A DNA stretch of 63,644 bases, the filler included, from Octopus bimaculoides (taxonomy: Eukaryota): NCBI RefSeq assembly GCF_001194135.2. It is 8 parts of 8 records of this genome, joined end to end, with 100 filler letters (N's around TTAATTAATTAA, not from the genome) between each part and the next. Parts side by side here need not be neighbours in the genome. Positions count along the whole stretch, not along the records: positions 1 to 14,623 come from NC_068988.1; 7 more parts are not named here. One strand, given 5' to 3'. This document shows positions 1 through 13,860 of the stretch, one piece after another (within the stretch, counting starts at the first letter, position 1; every line of letters starts with the position of its first letter). The position numbers were made by a program, and so were the translations under genes. The notes under the pieces were generated by a model. The model was not told where the DNA came from and did not search any database. It saw only the letters and a list, made by a program, of their open reading frames with translations.

Positions 1-415
1 TATATACATATGCAGACATATACACACATATATATATACATCAATATATATTCATAAATCAATAAACATATATAGATATAAATATGATATATATATATAC
101 ATATACACACACATATATACAGACATACACTCACACGCAAAAAAAATATGCATATGTACACATGCATGCATTTTATGTAGTTCCCTATACATATATACGG
201 ATGCATGTATGTATGGATGTGTGGTAATGTGTATGTATGGATACGGTGTATGTAGGCGTGGGCTTGCGTCTATATGTATGTTGGAATGCCGTGTTAATGG
301 ATCGATATGAAATTATGTACGCGAGAACGTTAACGTTTCATGTTGGTATATGTATACGTAAGATTCAAAAACATTAAAACGTATAACATTTAGTTATGGT
401 ATATATTCATTGATG

Positions 416-780
416 AGGAGGTGCAATGGCCAGATGTTAGGCTAGCGGACTCGCGGTCATAGGATTGCGGTTTCAATTCCCAGTCCGGGCGTTGTGAGTG
501 TTTATTGAGCGAAAATACTTAAAGCTTCACGAGTCTCCAGCAGCGGGTGGTGTCGAACCTTGCTATGCTCTTTCATAACTTTCTTCCTGTTTCTGTTGTA
601 TATGTATTTCAAAAGGTCAGCCTTGTCACACTGTTTGTCACCCTGAATATTCCTGAGAACTACGTTAAAAGTACAGGTATGTGTGTAGTACTCAGCTTCT
701 TGTACGTAAATTGCACGACCTGACTGTTCCGTTGATTGGCTCAACTGCAATCCTCGTCGTCGTAATCGACGGAGTGCCGT
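416..780 (+). mobile_element. tRNA-derived SINE, family A (~370-380 bp)
   Basis: tRNA-like head (gcaatggcc..gttaggctagcggactcgcgg..ggtttcaattcc) and 3' end cgtcgtcgtaatcgacggagtgcc. Near-identical copies lie at 3586, 24493, 39921 and 50921. Confidence 0.85.
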
Positions 781-867
781 AGTAATATTCATTGATGTAT
801 ATTTCCTATTATAGCACGTTTATCATATATGTATGTCTGTATATGTGTATGTGTATAAATCTGTACA

Positions 868-928
<61 letters not shown>

Positions 929-1024
929 NNNNNNNNNNNNNNNNNNNNNNNNNNNNNNNNNNNNNNNNNNNNNNNNNNNNNNNNNNNNNNNNNNNNNNNN
1001 NNNNNNNNNNNNNNNNNNNNNNNN

Positions 1025-1069
<45 letters not shown>

Positions 1070-1095
1070 GACAGTCTGTTAAAGTCTGTCATATC

Positions 1096-1135
1096 GGCCA
1101 TGACGAAGGGAAATAGCCCTGAAACTCGAGTCGCC
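1096..1135 (+). ncRNA. minimal type I hammerhead ribozyme-like motif (one core lesion)
   Basis: GGC-C(A)TGACGA-AGGG aaatag CCCT-GAA-ACTCGAGT-C-GCC. It has a 3-bp stem I, a 4-bp stem II, a palindromic stem III and a GUC triplet. There is an extra or substituted A in the CUGANGA core. Confidence 0.55.
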
Positions 1136-1445
1136 TTTATATATATATATTTATATTTATATATTTATATATTTGATCCTTTATATTGAACACTCAATAT
1201 TTCATCTACATTCAATACTCTCTTTCATGGTGCCATCCATTTTTATTTTATTTTATTTTATATTGTATATTGTATATCATATTATATATTGTATATTCCA
1301 TATTCTATACCCCACATTAGTTCTGCAGGAATATAAATAAAACATAAAAAACAGACAGTGTTGGAACTCTTTTAAGCAAAATAATATATATATACATATA
1401 CGTATATATACATATGTATATACACATGTAAATGTATATATATAA

Positions 1446-1635
1446 ATAGGGGAGAATTCACAAAAAAACACAAAAGACGAAAACAGGTGGTGTAGACAAC
1501 AAACAGATGTATTAGTATAACGCTCGGAAAGTGAAAACGTCTTTAACGTTTCGAGCCTATGCTATTCCACGAAAAGGAACACAGAAAAAAATCAGGGAGA
1601 AAAAAAAAAGAATGTGTAGTGGCTAGCGATTTATC
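1446..1635 (-). repeat. interspersed repeat, probable Penelope pseudo-LTR
   Basis: Homologous to 46124-46210. The minus strand carries a degenerate hammerhead-like ..tagcataggctcGAAACGTT motif (about 1537-1580). Confidence 0.4.
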
Positions 1636-2616
1636 ATGGCGAAAGCTGGAGAGAGGAGTCACACAGTAGGAAGAAAGGGTAATAATAAAGTTGTGGTGAT
1701 CCCAAAACGAAGGTGCGCGTGCGTGTGTATAAGAGAGCTTGTATTTACGAGTGGAAGAGGGCTGGTGACCTTGACGTGTGCCTGTAGGTGTGTGAATGGG
1801 GTGGGTGCTGGGAAGTGGTCAGTGCTAGTGTGTGCGTGGTGCTGTGATGTGATGTGATGTGGTAGTGTGTAGTGTGGTTGTGTTTGGTGTGTGGTGGTGT
1901 TGGGATGTGGGGAAGGTGAGTGTGGAGAAAGCAATGGTGGGGTGTGGGTTAGGCTGAGGATTGGGGTACAAGTGGGGTATGTGAGTGTAATGGATGGGGT
2001 AGGGTGGGAATTGATGGATAAGGAAGGTGGGTTGGATTGTGTAGGAGTAGGGTTACGAGTGAGGGGTGACAATGGGGAATTTTATGCGTGTATATATATA
2101 TACACGCACAAACATTTATATATAGGATCTCTCTATATATGCATGTACCTCTCTCTCTATCTCTCTCTCCCTCTCATGTTTTAAGCTGAGTCTTAGAATT
2201 GAGCGAGAGAAACAAATATTGACGGGCTGTCTCAGACTCGAATGGATATTGCTCTATACAGCTTTCCACCATTTAATGGTTTAATTCGCTTAATTGCATC
2301 TCCCACGAGTGTTTTACTGCGATGCATCATATTCGTGCTCCATCGTATATATATATATATATATATATATATNNNNNNNNNNNNNNNNNNNNNNNNNNNN
2401 NNNNNNNNNNNNNNNNNNNNNNNNNNNNNNNNNNNNNNNNNNNNNNNNNNNNNNNNNNNNNNNNNNNNNNNNNNNNNNNNNNNNNNNNNNNNNNNNNNNN
2501 NNNNNNNNNNNNNNNNNNNNNNNNNNNNNNNNNNNNNNNNNNNNNNNNNNNNNNNNNNNNNNNNNNNNNNNNNNNNNNNNNNNNNNNNNNNNNNNNNNNN
2601 NNNNNNNNNNNNNNNN

Positions 2617-2649
<33 letters not shown>

Positions 2650-3585
2650 GTATATATATACATGTACATGTCTCTGTGCATGACTATATATGTGTATATA
2701 TATATATGCGTGTGTGTGTATGTATATTTATGGTTAATAAACCTACGCGTATGTCAATGCGAATATGAACAATTATCTTCGTGTTTATGCATGTGTATAT
2801 TTGGTTAAACTTTTACATTTCTTTTCAAAGCCATTTCAATTTTAATACAAGGTTTCTCTCAATTGTTTCCTATTGAAATTTCACATGAACATTTAAAGAT
2901 TTTTTCTGCTGTATTCATTATGTACATTCGAACAACAGAACTTTTAGAAGGCTAGCAATAATTTCCACAACAAGAATAAGAAAAACTTGAAAAAATAAAC
3001 AAACAATAAAAACGACACCTACTACAACGACAATAACAACAAGTTGAACTTCACTAACTATAAACATCAATAAGGACGTACATTAAAAGGATTAATTCAG
3101 CAACATTAAAAAAAATAACTAACATGACAATCACATCAATAATAGTAAGCTCAACAGTAAAAATAACAGTTGTTCGCTTAGTGAAAAAAAAAACGTATAT
3201 ATAAACGCAACGCGAAATGCATCATGGGTAGCGTGGTAACAATATGAGTAGGAACAATGTCGGAAGAACATCTAGAGGAACAATAGCAGATTAACGACAG
3301 CTACCGAAACAACAACAATAATAGCAAAGCAGAAGCAGCCATAACGATAAATAATAATAAGTAAAAGAAAAACTACAGAAACCATGTCAACTTGTGCAAC
3401 GGCAACAGCAGCCATGAACCCCAACAACGAACATTGCTGCGACAACTACATCGACTACACGAGGAAAATATCAACAATTACGTTGAAAACTGCTGCATTG
3501 AAGAAGCCGCCATTTTGTTAGTTGACTTTTGTAGAGTTAGCACCCAAATTGCGCTGAAATTATTTGCGATTACTGTCTTGGATCG

Positions 3586-3956
3586 GTTGACACTCCGTCG
3601 GTTACGACGACGAGTGTTCCAGTTGATCCGATCAACGGAACAGCCTGCTCGTGAAATTAACGTGCAAGTGGCTGAGCACTCGACAGACGCGTGTACCCTT
3701 AACGTAGTTCTCAGCGTGACACAGAGTGTGACAAGGCTGGCCCTTTGAAATACAGGTACAACAGAAACAGGAAGAAAGAGGGAGAGAAAGTTGTGGTGAA
3801 AGAGTACAACAAGGTTCGCCGCCATCCCCTGCCGGAGCCTCGTGGAACTTTAGGCTTTTTCGCTCAATAAACACTCACAACGCCCGGCGTGGTAATCGAA
3901 ACCGCGATCCTACGATCGTGAGTCCGCTGTCCTAACCACTGGGCCATTGCGCCTCC
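3586..3956 (-). mobile_element. tRNA-derived SINE, family A
   Basis: Full-length reverse-complement copy of the family at 416 and 50921. Confidence 0.9.
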
Positions 3957-4113
3957 AATGTCTTGGGGTATGAAGGATATATTGGACAATGATTCTGGGA
4001 TGTAAGTATATGGCAGATGGTCATATACGGTTTCTTTCATTAAGGCCAGCTTCATCAGGCCTGGCCTCGAGTTAAATAAAAATTGAACGTCAGCAGTTGG
4101 TAAGTTACATTTA

Positions 4114-4164
<51 letters not shown>
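4114..4164. repeat. (TAA)n microsatellite
   Basis: Direct reading. Representative of dozens of (TA)n, (CA)n, (TACA)n, (CAT)n, (AAC)n and (CT)n tracts not listed individually. Confidence 0.95.
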
Positions 4165-4693
4165 TACCGCAAAAGCAACGGCATCAACTATATAATTATG
4201 TCTACGAGATAATTGCAAATTATATTACGGTTAAAGCATTAGTGAGATTAATGACAAAAAAAAAATGAGAAAAATATGACTGTCAAATAGAAAATATAAA
4301 TGAAAGAAGAGAAACAAAGATGACAACAGCAGTAACGAAAATAATGTTGATGACAACAATATAACACAACAATGTTACGACAGCAGTATTACACTCGTAT
4401 GTTAGTAACTTTGCAACAGTTACGCCAACGACAAAACCAATAATAACTTTAATAGCAGGTGCAGCAACATAAACAACAACAATTGCAATAACAACAGCGG
4501 CAGCAATAAAATCAGTAGCATGTGTGACAACAACTACAACAGCAGTTATAACACAAAGAACAATGTAAGCAGCTGCACCAACAAAACATGGCAACTATAA
4601 TAATAACTACATCGGCAACACCAATAGCTACAACAGTTAGAACAACAATTGCAGTAACAACAACTTCAGAGATGCCAGCACTATTAGCGCAAG

Positions 4694-5045
4694 TAAGGCG
4701 GTGAGCTGGCAGAAGCGTTAGCACGCCGGGCGAAATGCTTAGCGGTATTTCGTCTGCCGTTAGGTTCTGTGTTCAAATTCAACCGAGGTCGACTTTGCCT
4801 TTCATCATTTCGGGGTCGATTAAATAAGTACCAGTTATGCACTGGGGTCGATGTAATCGGCTTAAGCCCTTCGTCTGTCCTTGTTTTCCCCCTCTTTGTT
4901 TAGTCCCTTGTGGGCAAAATAAAGAAATAAGAAACGTTAGCACGCCGGGCGAAATCCTTAGCGGTATTTCGTCTGCCACTGCGTTCTGAGTTCAAATTCC
5001 GCCGAGGTCGACTTTGCCTTTCATCCTATCGGGATCGATAAATTA
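4694..5045 (+). mobile_element. tRNA-derived SINE family B (GTCGACTTTGCCTTTCATC core), tandem 1.5 units
   Basis: Head taaggcggtgagctggcagaagcgttagcacgccgggcgaaat, then core and tail, then a second head and core starting at about 4935 and running into the gap. Confidence 0.85.
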
Positions 5046-7904
5046 NNNNNNNNNNNNNNNNNNNNNNNNNNNNNNNNNNNNNNNNNNNNNNNNNNNNNNN
5101 NNNNNNNNNNNNNNNNNNNNNNNATATTAGCGCAAGTAATTACGCAGAATATAAGAAACAGCAACGATACTAATGACAACTATAATAGCGAGAACGACAA
5201 TAACCGCACCACTCTATTCTGATCATTAAGGACGACGACACCATCAACAACAACAGTAACAGCCAGACCACATCAGCAACTACAACAACAGCAACTACGT
5301 CTTCAATAACAGCAACAACAACACAGCAATACTAACAACAACAACAACAACAACACAACAATACTAACAACAACAACAAGAATAACAAAAACCACAGCAA
5401 AAGCAAAACACAGCAACAATAGCAAAGAACAACAGGAATATTTAATAATTTGGGGTAAGAAAAATATCAGAATATCAATAATAGATTTGGAGTCTACATC
5501 GAGACGAACAGGAAAAATCAAACATTAACGACACTTGTATCAGCAACAGGAAGATCAATAGAACAACAACAACAACAACTATAAAAAGAATATCAACTAA
5601 AACAAAGAAGAACCATTTTTATTTCTTCGACATTGGTATATTTTTTTTTCTCATGTAGACTTAATAATACATCGAGAAAATTCATTAGCTTTCTTTTTTC
5701 TCTAATGGGGAGAGAGTACGTCAGTTACACTCTTAAACATTTATCTCTTCATTCGATCTTAATCCAGATTTCCAGATATGGTGGTAGCAGATAAAATTTC
5801 GTTGGAGAATGAAGCATGACGTGGAAAACTCTAAGCCAAAATCAAGAAGTAATTTAAAACTGAACCCTTTGGACTGCGAGTGGATGATAATCTTATGAAT
5901 TACATCCTTCATTTTAATGTTGGTTGCTGGTTAAATGTTTTCTTTTTTAAACTTTGCATTGAATTTTTTTTGAATCAAGGAAACAGTACTAGCAAAATAT
6001 AAGAGTTGCTTCTTGGTTTCTAATAACCTTGTCCTATCCACTGTTTACAACTGTAAGTATTAGACTTTCTCGTGCTTTTCCTCAAGATGCAATAATGTCT
6101 ACGACCACATTATTCAATGTCGACATGCTCTTATAAGACGATTGAATAAGGTTAGAAAAAGATGTTGCTGCTACTACCAGCAGTTCTTCATGCGTTATGG
6201 GCAGGCAAGTGCCGTCAGTAATTGCTCAGGGTAGGCAGTTGATGACATTTATGTCGTAAAACACACACACAAAAAATAAGCGAAACACAGGCGCGTGACT
6301 GAGTTGAAGGCAGATATACCCCTGCCTTTATAGTACGTAAAGAAAGGTTGTTGTAGGAATGTATACAGCATTTTACTCCGGCAATACTATGTGTAGCTTT
6401 AATACTGTGATTGAAAGGCAGGGGAAAATGATGCCTATCTAATCTACAAAAAAATAAAATATTTTGTATTTTATGCATAGTAACCGGAGTAACCTTCACA
6501 CTTTTATTGAATTTGGTGCATATTTTGTCATAAAAGGAAAATGTTAATATCGATCTATTTTATTCAGGGTAGGCACTACCTACCATGTCTACTCAGGAGA
6601 AACGTCTCTGGTTAATAGTTCCAATAGCGCTAAGATGGTGCTTGCCTTTTATCTTTTCGGGGTCGGTAAAATAATCGACCTACCCCGATCACCCAGAATT
6701 TCAAGCCCTGTGCCTGTTATAGAAAGTATGATCAGCACATTGAGCGACTGCGTACAGGTTTCTTTCGCTGATTGAGGTAATAACATATTCGCACGGTATG
6801 ATGTCTGAGGAAACACTCTTCTGATAAAAGAATATGGAGTCCACAAAACACATCCTATAAATCCTTACACCGTTACACGGCCTACAAAAGTAGTTCTCAG
6901 TTGTAGTCTTGTCGACACCAACAGAAAAACTTCGAAAATACAAAATGCGTAGTACTTTCATAGCGAGATTGGGAGATCCACTTACATTATTCAACATGAA
7001 CTAATGAATTAAGATCGGTATGCGAACTTATATCAAATAGTAAGTATTCGCGCAGATAATATATGCTTGCTAAGATTGTCTTTATTGTAGAAGCACCTTA
7101 AAGGTGCTTGGAATACCACTCTATTATCTATATTGATTAAATATCTATTTGTGATCTAACTATGCATTGGTTATTTAGCTACTATTCAATCATTCCTTTA
7201 ACACGTCGATTTGTATTCTTCACCAACAACGTGTTCATACGCTGCTGTATAATACCAACCAATATTTCGCTGAATAAGATAACATTACAATTTATTTCTC
7301 ACTTATGAAATATCTCATAAGGAAATAACACAATACTCATCCTTCACATTACAATATAACGCTATGCCATTTCTAAAGAACTGATATGCGTACATACCTA
7401 TACAAATAAACATATATCACAAAATACGTACTAATACAGATACAAAAGCAATCATTCAGCGACTAAAAAAAAAGCACAAATTATATATATATATATATAT
7501 ACATACATAAGTTTATAACATTTTTATCATAAATATCCGCTCATTCGGTTTCCCTTCCTTCAATTTCCTTTCTATTCCCTCTACGTTTCTCAAATAATTA
7601 TTTTCTTTTCTGTTCTGTGTATCTTGTTATAAGCTTTACAGCTTGTAGAAAAGCAGTGGAACCTAATCATTTTGAGGTAATAGTGATTCACCCGGTTGGA
7701 CTTGTGCGAAATAAAACGCAATAAGTATTCTATGTATTTTGCTATTTCCAACCTGTCGAAGTCCAAGATACGTCAAATATATTAGTTGAACACAAGATTA
7801 CTAATCGATGGAACACAGTCGCCCGTAATGAAATATTGCTACAAGATGGAATGGTATGTATTACCGACTGCAAAACTATTTAACGCCGTTTTGCTACACT
7901 GTTA

Positions 7905-8442
7905 TTACTGAGAGCCTCCACCAATATGCGGCGCTTGGTGAAGAATAGAGTTTGATGTAGCTACCCTCATTTGCACCTCTTGCAGTGAGGTAGGTTGATC
8001 TGGAACTCTCGAGAGGAAGAGGTCCAGCTTTGATATTAAAACCCCTACATCTACTTTGTGTAGGTTCCTCAGGCTCTGTGGAAGAATATTAAAAAGCTGT
8101 GGGCCCCTGAAACACAAACTGTTGCAGTAACTCGTCCTGAAGCGCGATGGCATTGCTGGGATCTTTGGCACTATGCAGTGTCGTCCACTTCTGGCATTGG
8201 TGTAGCTTTCAAAGCCAAGATTTGGCACAATTCCTTCCAGGATCTTCCAGATGTATATTACCGCATACCTCTCCCGCTTTCTCTCCAGGCAGTAGAGTCT
8301 TAGCTGTTTTAGCTTTTCCCAGTAGCTGAGCAGTTGTAAACAGACAATCTTCTTTGTTAATCTTCTCTGGATTGCTTCAAGGTCCGCTGTTAATTTCACA
8401 CTGGTGGGTGACCATAGCTGTGAGCAGTAATCCAGGCGGCTA
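7905..8442 (-). mobile_element. CR1/L2-group LINE ORF2 C-terminus (3' fragment)
   Basis: Open frame SRLDYCSQLWSP..LEAIQRR..LSYWEKLKQLRLYCLERKRERY..FRGPQLFNILP..LDLFLSRVPDQP, typical of the CR1-clade RT thumb/C-terminus. A second 3' copy lies at 58780-58951. Confidence 0.85.
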
Positions 8443-10012
8443 TATATATATTCATATATATATTCATATATATNNNNNNNNNNNNNNNNNNNNNNNNNNN
8501 NNNNNNNNNNNNNNNNNNNNNNNNNNNNNNNNNNNNNNNNNNNNNNNNNNNNNNNNNNNNNNNNNNNNNNNNNNNNNNNNNNNNNNNNNNNNNNNNNNNN
8601 NNNNNNNNNNNNNNNNNNNNNNNNNNNNNNNNNNNNNNNNNNNNNNNNNNNNNNNNNNNNNNNNNNNNNNNNNNNNNNNNNNNNNNNNNNNNNNNNNNNN
8701 NNNNNNNNNNNNNNNNNNNNNNNNNNNNNNNNNNNNNNNNNNNNNNNNNNNNNNNNNNNNNNNNNNNNNNNNNNNNNNNNNNNNNNNNNNNNNNNNNNNN
8801 NNNNNNNNNNNNNNNNNNNNNNNNNNNNNNNNNNNNNNNNNNNNNNNNNNNNNNNNNNNNNNNNNNNNNNNNNNNNNNNNNNNNNNNNNNNNNNNNNNNN
8901 NNNNNNNNNNNNNNNNNNNNNNNNNNNNNNNNNNNNNNNNNNNNNNNNNNNNNNNNNNNNNNNNNNNNNNNNNNNNNNNNNNNNNNNNNNNNNNNNNNNN
9001 NNNNNNNNNNNNNNNNNNNNNNNNNNNNNNNNNNNNNNNNNNNNNNNNNNNNNNNNNNNNNNNNNNNNNNNNNNNNNNNNNNNNNNNNNNNNNNNNNNNN
9101 NNNNNNNNNNNNNNNNNNNNNNNNNNNNNNNNNNNNNNNNNNNNNNNNNNNNNNNNNNNNNNNNNNNNNNNNNNNNNNNNNNNNNNNNNNNNNNNNNNNN
9201 NNNNNNNNNNNNNNNNNNNNNNNNNNNNNNNNNNNNNNNNNNNNNNNNNNNNNNNNNNNNNNNNNNNNNNNNNNNNNNNNNNNNNNNNNNNNNNNNNNNN
9301 NNNNNNNNNNNNNNNNNNNNNNNNNNNNNNNATATATATATATATATGAACATACAGACGCACATACATACATACATACATACATATATTTTGCTGTGCA
9401 CGCGGATATGCGCGACAAAGCAATGGAATGGTCCGATACACTGCCTGATGAGGAATCGACTTCTACATTCAAATACAGAGAACAAACAGTATGAACCTAA
9501 ATACACAGGTAAGTACAGGAAATATATATATTGCATCACATTTAGCTGCCATAAATTTGCAACGAGTGTTTATAAATACACACTTATGCGTATGTGTATA
9601 TGTATAAGTTTGTATATGTATATATTTGTACGTTCTTGCATGTGTGCATTCATGTATCCATTTACACACAAGATGGAAATATATGACAATACATTTCAAA
9701 ACTGCATAACTACGGTCGACAGTCTCGAATAAGTTTTGGTGAGCTCTTTCATAGAAATAATATATATAAACTATTCCCATATAAATATTACACTTGGCAT
9801 GGATAATAGATAAAATCAAGCATGGATTATTCTCACTTATTTACGGAAATACTACCTCGAAATCTTTATCTGCCCCTTTTAATATTACATACATATGCGC
9901 ACAGAACGCGCACACACGAACGCGCGCTCACACACATATTCATGTGTGTGCATGTATACGCTAACGCACAAACAATGCCTTCATTCGTGCGCATATAAAT
10001 ATATATGTATAT

Positions 10013-10045
<33 letters not shown>

Positions 10046-11525
10046 NNNNNNNNNNNNNNNNNNNNNNNNNNNNNNNNNNNNNNNNNNNNNNNNNNNNNNN
10101 NNNNNNNNNNNNNNNNNNNNNNNNNNNNNNNNNNNNNNNNNNNNNNNNNNNNNNNNNNNNNNNNNNNNNNNNNNNNNNNNNNNNNNNNNNNNNNNNNNNN
10201 NNNNNNNNNNNNNNNNNNNNNNNNNNNNNNNNNNNNNNNNNNNNNNNNNNNNNNNNNNNNNNNNNNNNNNNNNNNNNNNNNNNNNNNNNNNNNNNNNNNN
10301 NNNNNNNNNNNNNNNNNNNNNNNNNNNNNNNNNNNNNNNNNNNNNNNNNNNNNNNNNNNNNNNNNNNNNNNNNNNNNNNNNNNNNNNNNNNNNNNNNNNN
10401 NNNNNNNNNNNNNNNNNNNNNNNNNNNNNNNNNNNNNNNNNNNNNNNNNNNNNNNNNNNNNNNNNNNNNNNNNNNNNNNNNNNNNNNNNNNNNNNNNNNN
10501 NNNNNNNNNNNNNNNNNNNNNNNNNNNNNNNNNNNNNNNNNNNNNNNNNNNNNNNNNNNNNNNNNNNNNNNNNNNNNNNNNNNNNNNNNNNNNNNNNNNN
10601 NNNNNNNNNNNNNNNNNNNNNNNNNNNNATATATATATATATATATATACCAATTTGTCTTAGAAAGCAAATGAACGTGTGCTTGCTAGGACGGAGTAAT
10701 TGATCAGTTTACAAAAATCCAGAATTCTGGCAAGAATGGTAAGTTAATGGACACGTTTAATGGCGTTCTTCCTAAACTTTATTTCCCTCCTACCTGCCTC
10801 CCATTCCTTCAATATTTCTTTATATTTCACCTTTTCTTAATATATATTTCTATATCTGCCCTATTTTCCTTTATTTCTTTCGTATATTTTTTTTCATCCG
10901 TATTTTTTGGTTTATGTTCTTTTTCTTTTACATAATGTATATATATCTATATGCTATCTTTCATTGAATGCGTTTTTTTATTCTTCCATCATCATTATTA
11001 CTTTCACACATATTTGTTGTAATTTTTATTGCACCCGTGTGTATATAGTGGCACAAAACATACGAACGCATACACTCTTGCATTATCATAAAAGACTACA
11101 TCGATCAACAACTATATACATACACACATACATACATACATACATTCATACATATATACAAAAATTGAAAGATAGTTATATGTGTCTCTTTCTGTTTGCA
11201 TTTAATATGTATATACGTATATGTATATATGTATATACGTATATGTATATATATATATATATATANNNNNNNNNNNNNNNNNNNNNNNNNNNNNNNNNNN
11301 NNNNNNNNNNNNNNNNNNNNNNNNNNNNNNNNNNNNNNNNNNNNNNNNNNNNNNNNNNNNNNNNNNNNNNNNNNNNNNNNNNNNNNNNNNNNNNNNNNNN
11401 NNNNNAGAGAGAGAGAGAGAGAGAGAGACTGGTAGAGAGAGATCGAGAGAGAGCTAGAGACGGATATGCAGAGATAACATTCTTTTATTAGCCACACAGG
11501 ACTATAGAGAGATAAATAGATACAC

Positions 11526-11526
<1 letters not shown>

Positions 11527-11605
<79 letters not shown>

Positions 11606-11636
11606 GGATGGATGGATAGATAGATAGATAGATAGA
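11527..11636. repeat. (GATA)n microsatellite
   Basis: Direct reading. Confidence 0.95.
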
Positions 11637-12012
11637 CATCTAAGTATATAATGTATAGTTATATCTATATAATAATCACACGAACCAATATACAATTTTC
11701 TATCAGTTATATAAGTAACTCTACTCTAGTCGTTTTAGTTATTCAGATCAACGGAAATTGGATGTGATATTGGTTAAGAATAATGTTTTAAACTTATAGA
11801 ATCGTCTCATTGATGAGGTTTGGCAAAATAGAAGCATATTATAGTACCTCTTATTAAAACTGATTAACATTGCATTAAATATGATGCTTCAGGCTACGTA
11901 AAGAATGGAAACAAATAATCTCAGTCAACGTTCGAGTAAACAGCTTATCGGAGATGAGCGTTCTGTAAGGAGTATGGTAAGAGAGGCATTTCAACACATG
12001 ATACATATACAA

Positions 12013-12056
<44 letters not shown>

Positions 12057-12507
12057 ACATACACACACACGCACACAAACATACACACACAGACACACAA
12101 ACACACACGCACACACAAACACGCGTACACCCGGTCACACACAACTTTATGTATGCCTGGATAAATATGTGTATATATCTACGAATACATATCTGTCCTT
12201 ATGCACTTATGCATGTAAACATATATATACGTGCAAGCATAAACGCATTCGCATATGTGCAAGTGTGTGTGTGTGTGTGTGCGTTTGTTTGTTTGTAAAC
12301 ATACACAACTAGAAGCATTCAAGGTTATACAAAATAATTGTAGACAAATATATTTGTCCACGACTTACCAGGAATATTACACTATGACAGTCACAAAATC
12401 GTTACACATTTATATACATACACAGATACGTATACACACACAAGCTTATATTCTTACATAGCTATGTGTGCGTGTGCGTGTGCGTCTGTGAATGTGCATC
12501 TGTGTGT

Positions 12508-12800
12508 AGGCACGTGGCCTAGTCGTTAGGATGTTGTACATATGTTTGTAAGATTGTGGTTTCAAATCACAGACCGCCTGTTGTGTGAGTTCTTCAGTAA
12601 GAGACTTAATCATTTCACGTAAAACACTTTATTCCTGGGTCCGAATAGTTAACCCTACCCTGGAGACTGTCTGACGTTCTATTCAGTAGCACTGTGGCCG
12701 AGCCGAAGTAGCCCACATGGGAACAATTTTCAAAGGCAAATACAATGTCAAGCGCATGGCGATGGTGTGTACATTACAGCCATAGTCGGCTCGATTACGT
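12508..12800 (+). mobile_element. degraded tRNA-derived SINE, family D
   Basis: ggcacgtggcctagtcgttagg head. Homologous to 49588-49857. Confidence 0.6.
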
Positions 12801-12821
12801 AATATATTATAATATAATACA

Positions 12822-12882
<61 letters not shown>

Positions 12883-13249
12883 CACGTACATACATACATA
12901 CATACATACATACATACATACACACATACAGATACATATATATGTATATGCGTGTGTATATACATATGTATATCTATATATGTATATATACATACATATG
13001 TGTATATATGTTTATATACATATATACCTAAATATATATATTCAATATATATATATATCTCCAACAATAAAGGTATATAGGCGCCAGCGCCATATATAAC
13101 AAAAAAATAGAATTCAGTTGTCACTAATAGTGACTGAGGGTTCACCCTAGCCCCTATATTGCTAGCAACAAGAGTCAGAGAACTTTATAGTCACCAACAT
13201 AGTTACCAACATAGCACAAGTCCATGTACTGACAGCGTAATTAACTCCT

Positions 13250-13860
13250 GTATAACGAGCGAGGGTACAAAATTGGCAAGGCATTTAAAGCTCATCATCA
13301 GTACTACTCCATCGCTTATAGTGAAGTCAAATCCAACATCTCAGTATATAGATTTTCCCATAAGAATCAATGGTTGACTCAGCAAAGTGGTAATTTGAAA
13401 ATTATAAAATAACAAATGTGGCTAGATGCCATATAAAACCAAGAATGAAGAATTCACTAGTGACCAAGGGTGCATTTTAGCACCTTAATCGCCACAAACA
13501 TAACAAAGGTCTATGTAAATACATACATACATACATACATACTTGCATACATACATACACACATACATACATACATACATACATACATACTGCAGATATA
13601 CATATCTCTATGAAAATCAAAGAAAGAGAGGATATCTATGGACAACTGCTTCGAAACCTTCAGATTCTATATTCTGACTATGAATCTATATTCATACCAA
13701 TAATAATTGGAGAACGAGGTTTTGTTAGTAAATATATAAATGAGAATCACGATAAACTGGGCTTTTCAGAAAGTGAAACCTGCCGGCTGATTCGTACATT
13801 ACAAGTCCAATCTGTGAGTGAAAGAGTAAAAATATTCAAATCCGAGATTTTCTTCACAAG
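13250..13860 (+). mobile_element. RLE-type (R4/NeSL-like) LINE C-terminal remnant interrupted by (TACA)n
   Basis: KIKEREDIYGQLLRNLQILY..FIPIIIGERGFV..LGFSESETCRLIRTLQVQSV..VKIFK resembles the K..KY..L..L..IPIVIGALG tail of the restriction-like endonuclease domain. The upstream KNQWL..GNL..AI*NQE segment also fits. Confidence 0.6.

Noticed and set aside
1790-2075. G-rich tract as a G-quadruplex or coding region
   Set aside because: It is degenerate GT-rich low-complexity sequence beside a pseudo-LTR-like repeat, and no compact four-tract G4 is present.
4010-4065. Minus-strand CTGATGA..GAAAC hammerhead-like string
   Set aside because: No stem II partner and no stem I or III pairing.
9410-9513. 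Perfect CAG|GTAAGT donor and a CTGATGA string
   Set aside because: No convincing acceptor, no recognisable peptide, and no GAAA for a ribozyme.
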